Shown piece after piece: positions 17,716 to 28,790 of a stretch of 64,000 nt of DNA. Below the pieces are notes generated by a model. The model did no database searches and had not been told where the DNA came from. It was given only the letters and a program-made list of their open reading frames with translations. Source of the stretch: Gammaproteobacteria bacterium (lineage in GTDB: Bacteria; Pseudomonadota; Gammaproteobacteria; Natronospirales; REEB76). A program made the translations under genes and the position numbers. The stretch spans positions 12,065 through 76,064 of the forward strand of contig JAGWOR010000006.1 in the NCBI GenBank assembly GCA_028870845.1, read 5' to 3'. Each line of letters starts with the position of its first letter. Within the stretch, counting starts at the first letter, position 1.

Positions 17716-19923
17716 GTGAAATCCACGCCACAAATATTTTTACGCGTGGCGGTGCCCTCCCCCCTGCACCGCCAGTTTGACTATCTGCCTCCGGCTGGAG
17801 GCGAACAAAACTCGCTGTGCCCGGGCATGCGGGTGCGGGTTCCGTTCGGCAAACGGCACATGGTCGGCGTGCTTACCGGGATCACCAGCAATCCGGGGAT
17901 CGCGGCCGACCGCCTGAGGCACGCATCCCAGGTACTGGACGCCTCGCCAGTCATCTCGGAGGATATGCTGGCCCTGGCCGGCTGGGCGGCCGACTACTAT
18001 CACCATCCCATCGGTGAAGTACTGCAGCTTCTGCTGCCAGCGAGCTTGCGCCAAGGCCGGCCTTGGAAGCCAACGCAAAACGGAAAGTGGCGGCTCACGG
18101 ACGCCGGTAGGCAGGCCGACGCCCCACAGCCCCATCGCGCCCCCCGGCAGGCTTGCTTGTGGAATCTCCTGGCGCAACACGCCGAGGGTGTGGATACCAC
18201 CGCTCTGGCTACCCATCTGCAGAATTGGAAGGCGCCGCTCAAGCTCCTGGAAAAACGCGGCTGGGTGGAATTCGTGGTTCCGCCTGTCCTGGCGGCTGGC
18301 GCTCGTGCGGTTGCTGCCGGACCCAGACTGAATGCGGCTCAACAGCAGGCGATTGAGAATATTTGTGCGGCGCTGGACAGCTTCCGGCCATTTCTACTGG
18401 ACGGCGTCACCGGCAGTGGTAAAACCGAGGTATATCTGCAGGTTATCGTGGAATCCCTGCGGCTTGGAAAACAGGCGCTGGTACTGGTCCCTGAAATCGG
18501 CCTCACCCCGCAGTTAGTGGAACGATTCCGGATGCGCCTGGGAAGCGTGGCGGCGTTCCATTCCGGATTGAGTGGTGCGGAACGGCTGGAAACCTGGCAG
18601 GCGGCCAGCGATGGCCGCATACCGGTGGTCATCGGCACACGCTCGGCGGTATTCATGCCCCTGAAGAACCCCGGGGTGATTGTGGTTGACGAGGAACACG
18701 ATGCTTCATTCAAACAGCAGGACGGTTTCCGTTACTCGGCACGGGACATCGCTGTCATGCGCGCCCGGCGCCGATCCATTCCCATCGTGCTGGGTTCCGC
18801 CACTCCTTCCCTGGAATCGCTGTATAACGTACGGCAAGGACGTTACGCACAACTGCATTTGCCGGAGCGCGCCGGCAATGCAAAGCATCCGCGCATGCGC
18901 CTGCTGGACATCCGTAGCCGGCGCATGGAGGAAGGTTTGTCGGATCTGCTGTTGGATGCTATGCGCCAACATCTCGGTGCTGGCGGCCAGGTGCTGCTGT
19001 TCCTCAACCGGCGCGGGTACGCTCCCACGGTTATGTGCCATGCCTGCGGAACCACGCTGCAATGCGCGCGCTGCGATGCGCGCCTGACCCTGCATGCCGA
19101 CCAGCGTCTGCAATGCCATCATTGTGGTGCACAACGCCCATTACCCGAGCGTTGTCCGCAGTGCGGCGGCACGGATTTCGGACAGTACGGCCTGGGTACC
19201 GAGCGCGTGGAGCGGGCCTTGCAACGCCTGTTTCCGGATACCGGTATCGCGCGCATCGACCGGGACAGCACCCGCCGCCGGGGCAGCCTGAATGCACTGC
19301 TGGATACGGTGCGCAGCGGCGAGTCCCGGATCCTGGTGGGCACACAGATGTTGACCAAGGGACATGACTTTCCCGATGTCACGCTGGTGGGCATTCTGGA
19401 TGCGGACCAGGGCCTGTTCGGCGTGGATTTCCGCTCCAGCGAACGCATGGCCCAGCTGATCGTGCAGGCCGCCGGCCGCGCCGGCCGGTCACTGCGGCCC
19501 GGTGAGGTGCTGATCCAGACGCACCACCCGGATCATCCGTTACTCAGGCATCTGGTCGCTGACGGTTATGCAAGCTTCGCTGCTGCCGCACTCATTGAAC
19601 GCCGGCAGGCGGGCCTGCCGCCCTATGCCGCCATGGCATTGCTGCGCGCCGAGGCCACCGCTCCATCCGCGCCAATGGCTTATCTGCAAGCCGCAAAAAC
19701 CGTGCTTACAGCCTGCTTGGGCAATGACATCCAATTGCTGGGCCCGGCACCCGCGCCCATGGAGCGCCGTGCCGGACGTATCCGTGCTCAGTTGCTACTG
19801 CTGGCAAACCAGCGTGCACGGCTGCAGCAGGTCCTGGGCACCGCCATGCCTGAACTGATTGCACTCAAGCAGGCACGCCGTGTCCGGTGGTCGCTGGATG
19901 TGGATCCAGCCGATATGTACTGA
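17716..19923 (+). CDS. priA: Primosomal protein N' (replication restart helicase PriA)
   Basis: 735 aa. Motifs GVTGSGKTEVY, DEEHDASFKQQ, the Cys-rich Zn region (CHACG...CARCD...CHHCG...CPQCG) and GTQMLTKGHDFP. Confidence 0.9.
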   Translation: MKSTPQIFLRVAVPSPLHRQFDYLPPAGGEQNSLCPGMRVRVPFGKRHMVGVLTGITSNPGIAADRLRHASQVLDASPVISEDMLALAGWAADYYHHPIGEVLQLLLPASLRQGRPWKPTQNGKWRLTDAGRQADAPQPHRAPRQACLWNLLAQHAEGVDTTALATHLQNWKAPLKLLEKRGWVEFVVPPVLAAGARAVAAGPRLNAAQQQAIENICAALDSFRPFLLDGVTGSGKTEVYLQVIVESLRLGKQALVLVPEIGLTPQLVERFRMRLGSVAAFHSGLSGAERLETWQAASDGRIPVVIGTRSAVFMPLKNPGVIVVDEEHDASFKQQDGFRYSARDIAVMRARRRSIPIVLGSATPSLESLYNVRQGRYAQLHLPERAGNAKHPRMRLLDIRSRRMEEGLSDLLLDAMRQHLGAGGQVLLFLNRRGYAPTVMCHACGTTLQCARCDARLTLHADQRLQCHHCGAQRPLPERCPQCGGTDFGQYGLGTERVERALQRLFPDTGIARIDRDSTRRRGSLNALLDTVRSGESRILVGTQMLTKGHDFPDVTLVGILDADQGLFGVDFRSSERMAQLIVQAAGRAGRSLRPGEVLIQTHHPDHPLLRHLVADGYASFAAAALIERRQAGLPPYAAMALLRAEATAPSAPMAYLQAAKTVLTACLGNDIQLLGPAPAPMERRAGRIRAQLLLLANQRARLQQVLGTAMPELIALKQARRVRWSLDVDPADMY

Positions 19924-20007
19924 AGCAAGCGCAGCCGCGCTTCTACCTGTATACAGCAGACGTTAGAATCATGCGCCGTCTGCGCGACTCCAGCGCCGGG
20001 GATTTTC

Positions 20008-21693
20008 GTGAAACAACAGCTTGAAAACCTATTGCGCTCAACCCTCGCCCTCCAGGCGGGTGAATTGTTTGCGACAACCAAATTGCCACCTGGGCCGCTG
20101 CTGGAACGCACTCGCGATCCGACCCACGGCGACTTTGCCACCAACGTTGCACTGCTGCTGGCCAGACAATCTGGGAAAAAACCACGGGAACTGGCCCAGG
20201 AAATCGTTGCGGCGCTGCCCGCCTCCCCGTTGGTTGCCAGGACCGAAATTGCCGGTCCCGGGTTCATTAATTTTTTCCTCAGTGCATCCACCTATCACGA
20301 TGAGCTCAACAGCGTGCTTGCCGCCGGCAAAAAATACGGCTGCAGCGACACCGGCAAAGGCCATCGGGTCGGTATCGAATTCGTGTCCGCCAATCCCACC
20401 GGTCCATTGCATGTCGGTCATGGCCGCAACGCCGCCATCGGCGACACACTGGCGCGTTTACTGGAAGCCACCGGCTGGAATGTTACCCGGGAGTTCTATT
20501 ACAACGATGCCGGAGTACAGATTCAGAACCTGGCGCTCTCAGTGCAGGCCCGTGCCCGCGGACTGAAACCCGGCGACTCCGGTTGGCCGGAAGATGGCTA
20601 TCGCGGTGAATATATCGCAGATGTGGCACGGGCCTTTATGCAGCGCGAACCAGTCACGGCCGATGGCCGTACGGTAACCGGCAGCGGCGACGTCACGGAT
20701 TTGGAGGCAATCCGCCATTTTGCGGTGGCCGCACTGCGTCACGAACAGGACCTGGACCTGAAGGCATTCCGGGTCCACTTCGACGTGTATTTCCTGGAGT
20801 CATCCCTATACACGGACGGCAAAGTGGAAGAAACCGTACGGGAACTGGTGGCCCATGGCCATACCTATGAGGAAGGTGGTGCATTGTGGTTGCGAACCAC
20901 AGATTTCGGTGACGACAAAAACCGCGTCATGCGCAAATCCGATGGCACCTATACATACTTCGTACCGGATGTGGCATATCACCGTTCAAAATGGCAACGT
21001 GGTTACGAGCGCGCCACCACCATACTGGGGGCAGACCACCATGGTTCCCTGGCCAGGGTGCGCGCCGGCCTGCAGGCGCTGGATGCCGGCATCCCCAAAT
21101 CGTACCCGGAATACGTGCTCTACCAGATGGTGACCGTGATGCGCGGCGGTGAGGAAGTCAAACTTTCCAAGCGTGCCGGCAGCTACGTGACTTTGCGTGA
21201 CCTTATCGACGAAGTCGGATGCGATGCCGCCCGTTACTTCCTGATCGCGCGCAAGTCGGATTCACAATTGGTGTTCGACATCGACTTGGCGCTGTCCCAG
21301 ACCAACGAGAATCCCGTGTACTACATCCAGTACGCACATGCACGCATCGCCAGCGTATTCCGCCAGCTCGGCGAAAAAGGCCTGGCATGGGATGCCAAAA
21401 ACGGCGGGGTCAGCCTGGCGATGCTCACCCAGCCACACGAACAGGCATTGATGGTGTGTATTTCACGCTTTCCGGAAATCGTGGATGCCGCAGCGCGCAC
21501 CCTGGACCCCCACCTGGTCGCCCAATACCTGCGAGAGCTAGCCAACAGTTTTCATACCTACTACGACGCCCACACCTTCATCACGGAGGACGCAGCGTTG
21601 CGCGATGCGCGACTTATGCTGGTGGCCGCCACCCGCCAGGTGCTGCGCAACGGCCTGGCGCTGCTGGGGGTATCCGCACCGGAGAGCATGTAA
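20008..21693 (+). CDS. argS: Arginine--tRNA ligase
   Basis: 561 aa. The HIGH-type motif [19 protein letters not shown] and a C-terminal DALR domain. GTG start. Confidence 0.95.
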   Translation: MKQQLENLLRSTLALQAGELFATTKLPPGPLLERTRDPTHGDFATNVALLLARQSGKKPRELAQEIVAALPASPLVARTEIAGPGFINFFLSASTYHDELNSVLAAGKKYGCSDTGKGHRVGIEFVSANPTGPLHVGHGRNAAIGDTLARLLEATGWNVTREFYYNDAGVQIQNLALSVQARARGLKPGDSGWPEDGYRGEYIADVARAFMQREPVTADGRTVTGSGDVTDLEAIRHFAVAALRHEQDLDLKAFRVHFDVYFLESSLYTDGKVEETVRELVAHGHTYEEGGALWLRTTDFGDDKNRVMRKSDGTYTYFVPDVAYHRSKWQRGYERATTILGADHHGSLARVRAGLQALDAGIPKSYPEYVLYQMVTVMRGGEEVKLSKRAGSYVTLRDLIDEVGCDAARYFLIARKSDSQLVFDIDLALSQTNENPVYYIQYAHARIASVFRQLGEKGLAWDAKNGGVSLAMLTQPHEQALMVCISRFPEIVDAAARTLDPHLVAQYLRELANSFHTYYDAHTFITEDAALRDARLMLVAATRQVLRNGLALLGVSAPESM

Positions 21694-22271
21694 TGGCCAA
21701 GGATTACAAACACTCGCCCAAGCCCAAGGACAAACCGCGCAAACGCGCCATGGGCCTGCCGGGCTGGGCTGGTTTCGTCATCGGCGCGCTGGTAGCGTTG
21801 GTGATCCTCAAGGGCGCACCCGTGGTGTGGGGCAAACTGCAACGCAGATTGCACCCGGCAGCCGCGCAATCGGCGAAGTCACCGGCAAAACCAGCCGCCC
21901 AGGCCGGCTCCGCCAGCAGCTCGGCAGCCACGCCGCATTTCGATTTCTACAAGCTGCTGCCTTCCTTCCAGGTGGTGATCCCCAGCCAGGACAAGGAAAC
22001 CCGTTCCGGGGATGTGCCCGGTCCGGTCAGCCAGCCGGGAACCTATATCCTGCAGGTGGGTTCATTCCAGAGTTATGCCGAAGCCGACCGGCTCAAGGCC
22101 AACCTGGCGTTGCTGGGCGTGGAATCCAGCATCCAGCAGGTCAAGGTCAGCAACGGCGCGGTCTGGAACCGGGTGCGCATCGGCCCGATCCAGAGCCTGA
22201 ACCAGCTCAACGCCCTGCGCGCCAAACTTGCCCAGAACCATATCGAACCCCTGGTGATCAAGACCAATTGA
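21693..22271 (+). CDS. SPOR domain-containing cell-division protein
   Basis: ATG overlaps the argS stop (TAATG). MAKDYKH..., one TM segment, a low-complexity linker, and a C-terminal SPOR (YILQVGSFQSYAEADRLKANLALLG...WNRVRIGP). Confidence 0.8.
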   Translation: MAKDYKHSPKPKDKPRKRAMGLPGWAGFVIGALVALVILKGAPVVWGKLQRRLHPAAAQSAKSPAKPAAQAGSASSSAATPHFDFYKLLPSFQVVIPSQDKETRSGDVPGPVSQPGTYILQVGSFQSYAEADRLKANLALLGVESSIQQVKVSNGAVWNRVRIGPIQSLNQLNALRAKLAQNHIEPLVIKTN

Positions 22272-22288
22272 ATGTCAGGCAGTGCCGC

Positions 22289-23665
22289 CTAAGCGTCGTT
22301 CTCATCTCCGCCCAGGCTGCGAAAATCAATTCCCAATGAATTGAGCTTGCGGTACAGGTGGGTGCGCTCCATACCGACGCGTTCTGCGAGCTTGCCGACT
22401 TTGCCGCCGCACAACTGCAACTGCTGCTGCAGATAGGCGCGCTCGAAATGTTCGCGCGCCTCACGCAGAGGCATGGCCAGCAGATCCTGTTTTACCAACG
22501 GCTCTTCGGCGGTGTAGGGCGCGAGCGCGCCTTCCACCTCCTCCAAGGATACTTCGCTTTCATCACCGAGCATCAGGCAACGCTGCACCAGATTCCGCAG
22601 TTCCTGGAGATTGCCCGGCCAGGGATAATTGCGCAGCCGGTTTTGGGCTGCGACGCTGAAGCGCCGGTATTTGAGATCGCCGCTGTCCGCCAGTAGATCC
22701 GTGTAATAACGCAGCAACTCCGGAACATCTTCCCGGTATTCACGCAGCGGCGGCACTCGTATCGCCACTGCAGCAAGCAGCGCGTACAGATCGCTGCGGA
22801 AGCCGCCGTCGGCCAACCGGGTTTCGATCTCTGGGCGTGCCGAGACCAACAGCCGAACGTCCAGGTTCTGGTCGATCTGCCCGCCAACGTGTGCATAGCG
22901 TCCCTGTTGCAGAACTTTTAACACCAGATTCTGTGTTTCCGGCAGCATATCAGTGACATCGTTCAGATACAGGCTGCCTTGCCGGGCCTCGTCCAGACAG
23001 CCCTTTTCCAGGCGCCCTTCGAGTTCACATCCCAAAAACTTTTTTTCGCATTCGCCGGTACTCAGACCCGTGAATACCATGTTCACGAACGGCCCTGCGG
23101 CGCGCGGGCTGAGTGCGTGGATGTGCCGGGCGATGCTCTCCCTGCCGCTGCCGGGTTCCCCCACCAGCATGACCATGGATTCATGCGGCGCCACCCGTCG
23201 GCATTGGTCACGCAGTACCTGCATTGGCCGGCTTTTGCCCATCACATCCAGCGGCGACTGCGTTCCGCCCGCGATGCGTTGTGCGCGCGCCTGCCGGCCC
23301 ACTTCGATGGCGTGCCCGACGGTGCGCAGCAGCTTGGCGAGCGACAGGGGTTTCTCCACGAAATCCAGCGCCCCGAGCTTGGTAGCCTCAATGGCGGTTT
23401 CGACGGTGCCATGCCCCGACATCATCACTACCGGAAATGACAGCGGGTTTTCCCGGTTCCATTCCTTGAGCAGGCTGATGCCGTCCATGTCGGGCATCCA
23501 GATATCCAGCAACACCAGATCCAGATCCTGCTGGGCGCGGATGGCACGCGCTTCCGCGGCATTGCTGGCCACACGCACTTCATATCCTTCCTCGGTCAGG
23601 ATTTCCTGGACCATGTCACGGATATCCGCTTCATCGTCGACTACCAGGATTTGAGAAGCTCGCAT
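22289..23665 (-). CDS. ntrX: Sigma-54-interaction-domain response regulator, NtrX-like
   Basis: Receiver domain (ILVVDDEADIR...DLVLLDIWMPDMDG), AAA+ domain (LVGEPGSGRES) and a C-terminal Fis-type HTH. Downstream of the ntrY-like kinase. Confidence 0.75.
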   Translation of the reverse strand: MRASQILVVDDEADIRDMVQEILTEEGYEVRVASNAAEARAIRAQQDLDLVLLDIWMPDMDGISLLKEWNRENPLSFPVVMMSGHGTVETAIEATKLGALDFVEKPLSLAKLLRTVGHAIEVGRQARAQRIAGGTQSPLDVMGKSRPMQVLRDQCRRVAPHESMVMLVGEPGSGRESIARHIHALSPRAAGPFVNMVFTGLSTGECEKKFLGCELEGRLEKGCLDEARQGSLYLNDVTDMLPETQNLVLKVLQQGRYAHVGGQIDQNLDVRLLVSARPEIETRLADGGFRSDLYALLAAVAIRVPPLREYREDVPELLRYYTDLLADSGDLKYRRFSVAAQNRLRNYPWPGNLQELRNLVQRCLMLGDESEVSLEEVEGALAPYTAEEPLVKQDLLAMPLREAREHFERAYLQQQLQLCGGKVGKLAERVGMERTHLYRKLNSLGIDFRSLGGDENDA

Positions 23666-23674
23666 GCTGTTCTC

Positions 23675-25882
23675 CTAGCCGTGTGAATGCCGTTGCAGGC
23701 CGCCGAGCAGGGCGTTGGTTCGCCCGGTTTCGGTAACCGGCAAGCGAATAATAAGCCGGGCTCCGCCTTCAACATTGTTGTTGGCCCGGATGCTGCCACC
23801 GTGTTCTTCGACGAGTTTCTTGACGATCGCCAGTCCCAAGCCGGTACCTTTGGGCTTGCTGGTTACATAGGGCTCAAAGGCTTTGCCAAGGATGCTGGCA
23901 TCGAATCCAGGCCCATTGTCCTCCACCACGACTTCGGCGGCCTGTTCATCGCCACGGTGGTAGTAATGTGTGGTAATCATCACCCAACCGTCTTTACGCG
24001 CCTCAATCGCTTCTTGAGCGTTCTTGAGCAGATTATGCAGCATCTGGCGAATTCGGCCCGCATCCGCGTACACCTGCGGCAATGATTCGTCCAGCTTAAG
24101 CTGAATCGCCATGCCGGCTTCTCGCGCGCGGTACAGTTCCACCACCTCTCCGATCAGCTCATTGAGATCCAGCGGCTTGAATTCCAGCGCCGGTGTACGC
24201 GCATATTCACTGAAGGCATTGACCATGGATTTCATGGCTTCCACCTGCTGCACGATGGTGTGGGTGGCGCGATCCAGCACGGCGTCATCCGTATCCTTGA
24301 GCCGGCCCAGGTACTTGCGCCGCATGCGTTCCGCCGCCAACTGAATCGGGGTGAGCGGATTTTTGATCTCATGGGCCAGACGCCGCGCTACCTCGCCCCA
24401 GGCGGCATCGCGCTGCGCTTCGATAAGCACCGTCAGATCATCGAACACGATCACGTGGCCGGGTGGTGATTCACCGCTGCCAGGCAGCGTGGCACAACTC
24501 ACCATCAGCATGCGCCGTCCACTCGCGCCGTGCAGCAGCATTTCCTCGCGCCACTCGGTTTCACCGGCATCCAAATGCGCGCGGCAGGCGCTGACGAACT
24601 GGCCGAAGAGTGAGCTGTCACCGCTCACGGATGTCAGGGATCTGTTCAGCAGCTGCTGCAATTCCACCCCCAGGATGGCGCTGGCTGCGGGGTTGGCGGT
24701 CTTGAGCGCCAGACTGGCGTCAATCGAGATCACCCCGGAGGACAGCCGCGTCAATACTGCGCCCAGATAGCTGCGTTCGTTCTCAACCTGAGCCCGGCTG
24801 CGGCGCGCGGCTTCCTGGGCGAGCGACAGTCGCTGTGTCATTTCATTGAACGATGAAACCAGGTACCCGACTTCGTCACGCGAAGGCAATGGCAGTCGGG
24901 TGCTGAAATCACCGCGTGCCACGTTGCGGGTGCCTTCCACCAGATTCTGGATTGGTTCCACCAGCTTGCGGGCCGCCACGAACGCCACCCACACGGCCAT
25001 GAGCACCGACAACAGCAAGACCAGCGACAACGTCAGCATGAAACTGTACTTGAGCGGCTGGCGCAGTACGGTGAGCTCGCGATAATTGGAATAGGCGGCC
25101 TGCACCCGGTTGGCGAGATCACTTTGCTGGTCCGCCACAGGGTATATCGCCTGCAGCACTTCCGGGCGCCACCAGGTACCGTTGACGATCACCGGCACCA
25201 AAGCGCGAATGTGCAAGCCGTTATCGCCCGCGGGATCCAGGCCCACGTACACGTTGCCGCTGCGCACCCGCATCAGCATCACCTGATCGGGCAGGTCCGG
25301 AATCAGCTGCATGGACATGTTGGAGCTGGTGGCAATGATGTGGCCATCCTCGGCGTTCAGGAGTGTCAGCTCGGCGGCGCCGCTGCGCCGGCGCAGCAGA
25401 TCCAGCTCCACTGCCACATCTGCCGATCTGGTGATTGCCAGGGTGTTGCCGATCTGCCGGGTGCGTGTCAATAAATCCCTGACGCGCATCTGCAGCGCGG
25501 TGCGCGACAGCTCAATGGCATCGCCCAGCGCGCGCTCCACCCGCACATCGAACCAGGAATCTATGCCGCGGCTAATGAACTGCACCGAGAAGTAATACAC
25601 CAGCACCACCGGTACAATGGCCAGGGCAACGAACATCATGACCAGGCGCGTGGTGAGGCGGGAACCGGTGACGTTTCGGCGATACTGAATCACCAACCGC
25701 ACCAGATTGAACCCGATAATCACCAACAAGATCGCCACGGCAATCGCATTGAGGACCAGCAAACCTTCGTGCAGGCGGTCGAAATCCATGGAGTTCTGCG
25801 TGCTCTTGCTGAGCAGCACCAGGGATATCAGCATGACCACCATGCCGGCCGCGATCACCAGTGGCATGAGATAACGCTTCAT
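23675..25882 (-). CDS. ntrY: Sensor histidine kinase, NtrY-like (TM-HAMP-PAS-HisKA-HATPase)
   Basis: 735 aa. N-terminal TM block, H-box RLAHEIKNPLTPIQL, N-box HNLLKNAQEA and G-boxes DNGPGF / GTGLGLAIV. Confidence 0.8.
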   Translation of the reverse strand: MKRYLMPLVIAAGMVVMLISLVLLSKSTQNSMDFDRLHEGLLVLNAIAVAILLVIIGFNLVRLVIQYRRNVTGSRLTTRLVMMFVALAIVPVVLVYYFSVQFISRGIDSWFDVRVERALGDAIELSRTALQMRVRDLLTRTRQIGNTLAITRSADVAVELDLLRRRSGAAELTLLNAEDGHIIATSSNMSMQLIPDLPDQVMLMRVRSGNVYVGLDPAGDNGLHIRALVPVIVNGTWWRPEVLQAIYPVADQQSDLANRVQAAYSNYRELTVLRQPLKYSFMLTLSLVLLLSVLMAVWVAFVAARKLVEPIQNLVEGTRNVARGDFSTRLPLPSRDEVGYLVSSFNEMTQRLSLAQEAARRSRAQVENERSYLGAVLTRLSSGVISIDASLALKTANPAASAILGVELQQLLNRSLTSVSGDSSLFGQFVSACRAHLDAGETEWREEMLLHGASGRRMLMVSCATLPGSGESPPGHVIVFDDLTVLIEAQRDAAWGEVARRLAHEIKNPLTPIQLAAERMRRKYLGRLKDTDDAVLDRATHTIVQQVEAMKSMVNAFSEYARTPALEFKPLDLNELIGEVVELYRAREAGMAIQLKLDESLPQVYADAGRIRQMLHNLLKNAQEAIEARKDGWVMITTHYYHRGDEQAAEVVVEDNGPGFDASILGKAFEPYVTSKPKGTGLGLAIVKKLVEEHGGSIRANNNVEGGARLIIRLPVTETGRTNALLGGLQRHSHG

Positions 25883-26514
25883 GACGCCAGTACCCAGGCA
25901 TACCAGTCGCTGGAAAGATCCCAGCCTTTGAACCAGGAGGCGATGAGCTTGAGTGGACCTGGAAAGTCGGTGATGTCGAGCACTGCCCGCATGCGGATGT
26001 TGTAGCGTGTATCCGGCTCCAGCAGGCTGGCGTCAATTACCGGCAGATCATTGACCTGACCCAGGGTGGTAATGGCATCCCGGTAACTCGCAAAGTTCTG
26101 CTGTTCGCCACTGTTCAGGTTTTTAATGATGAAACGGCGCGTCAACGGATGATAGCTGATCTGGAATCTTTCAGTGAGGGTGGCTACGGTCTTATTCCAG
26201 AGGAAACTGCGATGCTTGATGACCTCAATCTGCCATTCGACAGTCAACGGCACGCCATTTACGAGTGCGTTGAGCGCCTCCTGGCTCATGCCCAGGTCAA
26301 CGTCAGCGTTCAGGTAATAGACACCGTTTAACAGCTCGGTGTAGGCGGTTCTGATCACAAAACCGCCCTGGGAATTATCGGCCAGCGCAGCGGGTGCCAC
26401 AACGTACACACTCACCAAACAGCACAACATCACAGCCGTGAGGCGGCGGGTTGTTGCTGAGACACCGGCGGGATGCATCATATGAGCGAATCTTAGGCGC
26501 GCTTCTCTAGGCAA
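25879..26514 (-). CDS. DUF4390-like periplasmic protein
   Basis: Signal peptide plus conserved position between rsmB and ntrY. The start may be the Met pair at about 26481. Confidence 0.5.
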   Translation of the reverse strand: MPREARLRFAHMMHPAGVSATTRRLTAVMLCCLVSVYVVAPAALADNSQGGFVIRTAYTELLNGVYYLNADVDLGMSQEALNALVNGVPLTVEWQIEVIKHRSFLWNKTVATLTERFQISYHPLTRRFIIKNLNSGEQQNFASYRDAITTLGQVNDLPVIDASLLEPDTRYNIRMRAVLDITDFPGPLKLIASWFKGWDLSSDWYAWVLAS

Positions 26515-27812
26515 GCATAAAAGAATCCGTCCATACCTTCCTGGCCGGTCAGCACCTGCCGGCCTGCAGGGGTATCAACACCCCAAGCAGCCTGCCCTGA
26601 AAAAGGCGAAAGTTTTGCATCACTTTGAGTCTCCAGAAACGCCAGTATGCAATCGTCATTTTCTCTCCGGAATACCGAACAGGTGGCGTACAGCAGCTTA
26701 CCGCCACTGGCCAGCAGCGGCCATAGTACCGCCAGCATCCGTCGTTGCAGCGCCGCAGCGGTCTCCAGGTCCCGGGGACGGCGCCGGGATTTTATGTCGG
26801 GATGCCGCCGGATAACGCCGCTGGCACTGCAGGGCGCATCCAACAGGATGCGCTCGAAACACTCGCCATCCCACCAGTCATCGGGTTGCAACACGTCCGC
26901 TTGCCTGACTTCTGCGGCCAGCCCCAGGCGCTGCAGGTTCTCATGGATTTTCCCAACCCGATTTGCGTCGATATCCAGAGCCATGAGCCGGCCGATTTCC
27001 GGTTGATGTTCCAGGAGATGGCAGGTTTTGCCGCCCGGTGCTGCGCAGGCATCCAGCAACCGCATCCCGGGATGCACATCCAGCAGGTTTGCCGCCAGTT
27101 GGGCTGCTTCATCTTGCACCGAAAATTCACCGTCACCGAAACCCGGCAGTAACCGGACATCCACAGGAGTCGTCAGCACCAGTCCATCCGCGGAATGCCG
27201 GCAGGCCTGTGCAGCAATCGCATGGCTGGTGAATTTCTCAATCAATGCATCGCGCGCAATCAGGCGGCGGTTGGCGCGCAAGGTCATCGGCGGGCGCTGG
27301 TTATTGGCGAGCAAAAGCGCCTGCCACTGCGTCGGCCAGTCCGCCTGCACACGTTCGATGAACCATCTCGGGTGGGAATACTCGGCTACCGGATTAGCGC
27401 CCACATTGGATTCAAGTGCTGCCCGCTGGCGCTGGAAACCGCGCAACACCGCATTCACAAGTTTGACCGCCCAGGCTTTGTGCAGATAACGGCAGGCTTC
27501 CACGGTCTCCTTGACAACCGCGTGCGCAGGTATGCGCATGCAGGTAAGTTGGTACAGCCCCAGCAGCAGCAATGCCTGAAGATCAATGTCACGCGTGCGT
27601 AATGGCTGCTGCAGTAAGCCGGCAAGCCAGAATTCCAGCCTGGATTGAAATCTCAGTGTGCCGTAGCACAATTCCTGCAACAGTGCAGCGTCACGCGCCG
27701 CATAGGTTCGGGCTGCATTAATTTGCAGTGCATCGCCCAGGTAGGCGCCATCGCGCATGACCTCGGCCAACACCCTGGCCGCCAGCGCCCGTACCGGTAT
27801 GGGTTGCGTCAT
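26493..27812 (-). CDS. rsmB: 16S rRNA (cytosine967-C5)-methyltransferase
   Basis: 439 aa. NusB-like N-terminus, SAM motif DACAAPGGKT, and catalytic DAPCSASGVIRRHPD...YATCS. Confidence 0.85.
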   Translation of the reverse strand: MTQPIPVRALAARVLAEVMRDGAYLGDALQINAARTYAARDAALLQELCYGTLRFQSRLEFWLAGLLQQPLRTRDIDLQALLLLGLYQLTCMRIPAHAVVKETVEACRYLHKAWAVKLVNAVLRGFQRQRAALESNVGANPVAEYSHPRWFIERVQADWPTQWQALLLANNQRPPMTLRANRRLIARDALIEKFTSHAIAAQACRHSADGLVLTTPVDVRLLPGFGDGEFSVQDEAAQLAANLLDVHPGMRLLDACAAPGGKTCHLLEHQPEIGRLMALDIDANRVGKIHENLQRLGLAAEVRQADVLQPDDWWDGECFERILLDAPCSASGVIRRHPDIKSRRRPRDLETAAALQRRMLAVLWPLLASGGKLLYATCSVFRRENDDCILAFLETQSDAKLSPFSGQAAWGVDTPAGRQVLTGQEGMDGFFYACLEKRA

Positions 27813-28744
27813 TAGCTGAAGCGTTCGCCTACCAAAGCATGGCTATGGGCAAAATCAGTCGCCGCAACCCGGCGCCGGCCGGCGGCCTGCAGCTGCTTGA
27901 TTCGTAACACCGCTTTGCCCGTCACCACATCAATGCCATCCCGGCCTGCAGCGATCACCGTGCCGGGTGCTTCGCTCACGGCCACGGACACAACCTGAGC
28001 ATTCCAGATTTTCAGCCAGTCGCCGCGCCATCGGGTATGCGCCACCGGCCATGGATTAAAAGCACGCACCGCCCGCTCAATGTCAACAGCCGACGAAGTC
28101 CAGTCAACACGCGCGTCAGCGCGAGTGAGTTTGGCCGCATAGGTCGCCGCAGCATCACGTTGAACTGTGCGGTGTACTTCGGGGATCACAGCCAGCAGAT
28201 CGACAATGGCTTTTGCGCCCAGTGAGGCCAGCCGGTCATGCAGGCTTTGGGCGGTATCGTCAGCATGAATGGCGGTTTTACGCACCAACAGGATGTCGCC
28301 ACAATCCAGATCTTTGCTCATCTGCATCAATGTGATGCCGGTTTCCTTGTCGCCAGCCAGGATCGCACGTTGAATGGGCGCAGCACCGCGCCAGCGTGGC
28401 AGTAGCGATGCGTGGATATTGATGCATCCATAGCGGGGTATGGCCAATACTGCTTCCGGCAACAACAATCCGTAGGCCGCTACCACCATGACATCGGGAC
28501 GCAACGCCGCCAGCTGGTTTTGCGCGACTCCCGACCTGAAAGTGGCCGGTTGGTAGATCGGCAACGAGTGCGCCTGTGCGTATTGCTTGATAGGCGATGC
28601 GCGCAGATTGCGACCCCGGCCCGCGGGACGGTCCGGCTGAGTCCAAACACCCAATATTTCGTGTCCGCTTGCCCGCAGGGCCTGCAAGGCCGGTAGTGCA
28701 AAATCAGGTGTGCCTGCAAAGGCGATGCGCAGATTTACGGTCAT
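27812..28744 (-). CDS. fmt: Methionyl-tRNA formyltransferase
   Basis: Motifs IAFAGTPDFA, QPDRPAGRG and INIHASLLPRWRGAAPIQRAI. Confidence 0.9.
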   Translation of the reverse strand: MTVNLRIAFAGTPDFALPALQALRASGHEILGVWTQPDRPAGRGRNLRASPIKQYAQAHSLPIYQPATFRSGVAQNQLAALRPDVMVVAAYGLLLPEAVLAIPRYGCINIHASLLPRWRGAAPIQRAILAGDKETGITLMQMSKDLDCGDILLVRKTAIHADDTAQSLHDRLASLGAKAIVDLLAVIPEVHRTVQRDAAATYAAKLTRADARVDWTSSAVDIERAVRAFNPWPVAHTRWRGDWLKIWNAQVVSVAVSEAPGTVIAAGRDGIDVVTGKAVLRIKQLQAAGRRRVAATDFAHSHALVGERFS

Positions 28745-28790
28745 TTATGGACGGCGGGCAGCTGCAAATCAATGGCTGGTTGGCATACGT

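Noticed and set aside
17523-17726. 67-aa minus-strand ORF spanning the DnaA boxes.
   Set aside because: It begins inside priA, runs through the palindromic DnaA boxes, and has no supporting translation signals.
21219-21692. N-terminal 158 codons of the 350-aa ORF track entry 21219-22271.
   Set aside because: This part overlaps the 3' end of argS in another frame and is Arg/Pro-rich. The real SPOR gene starts at the ATG at 21693, which overlaps the argS stop.
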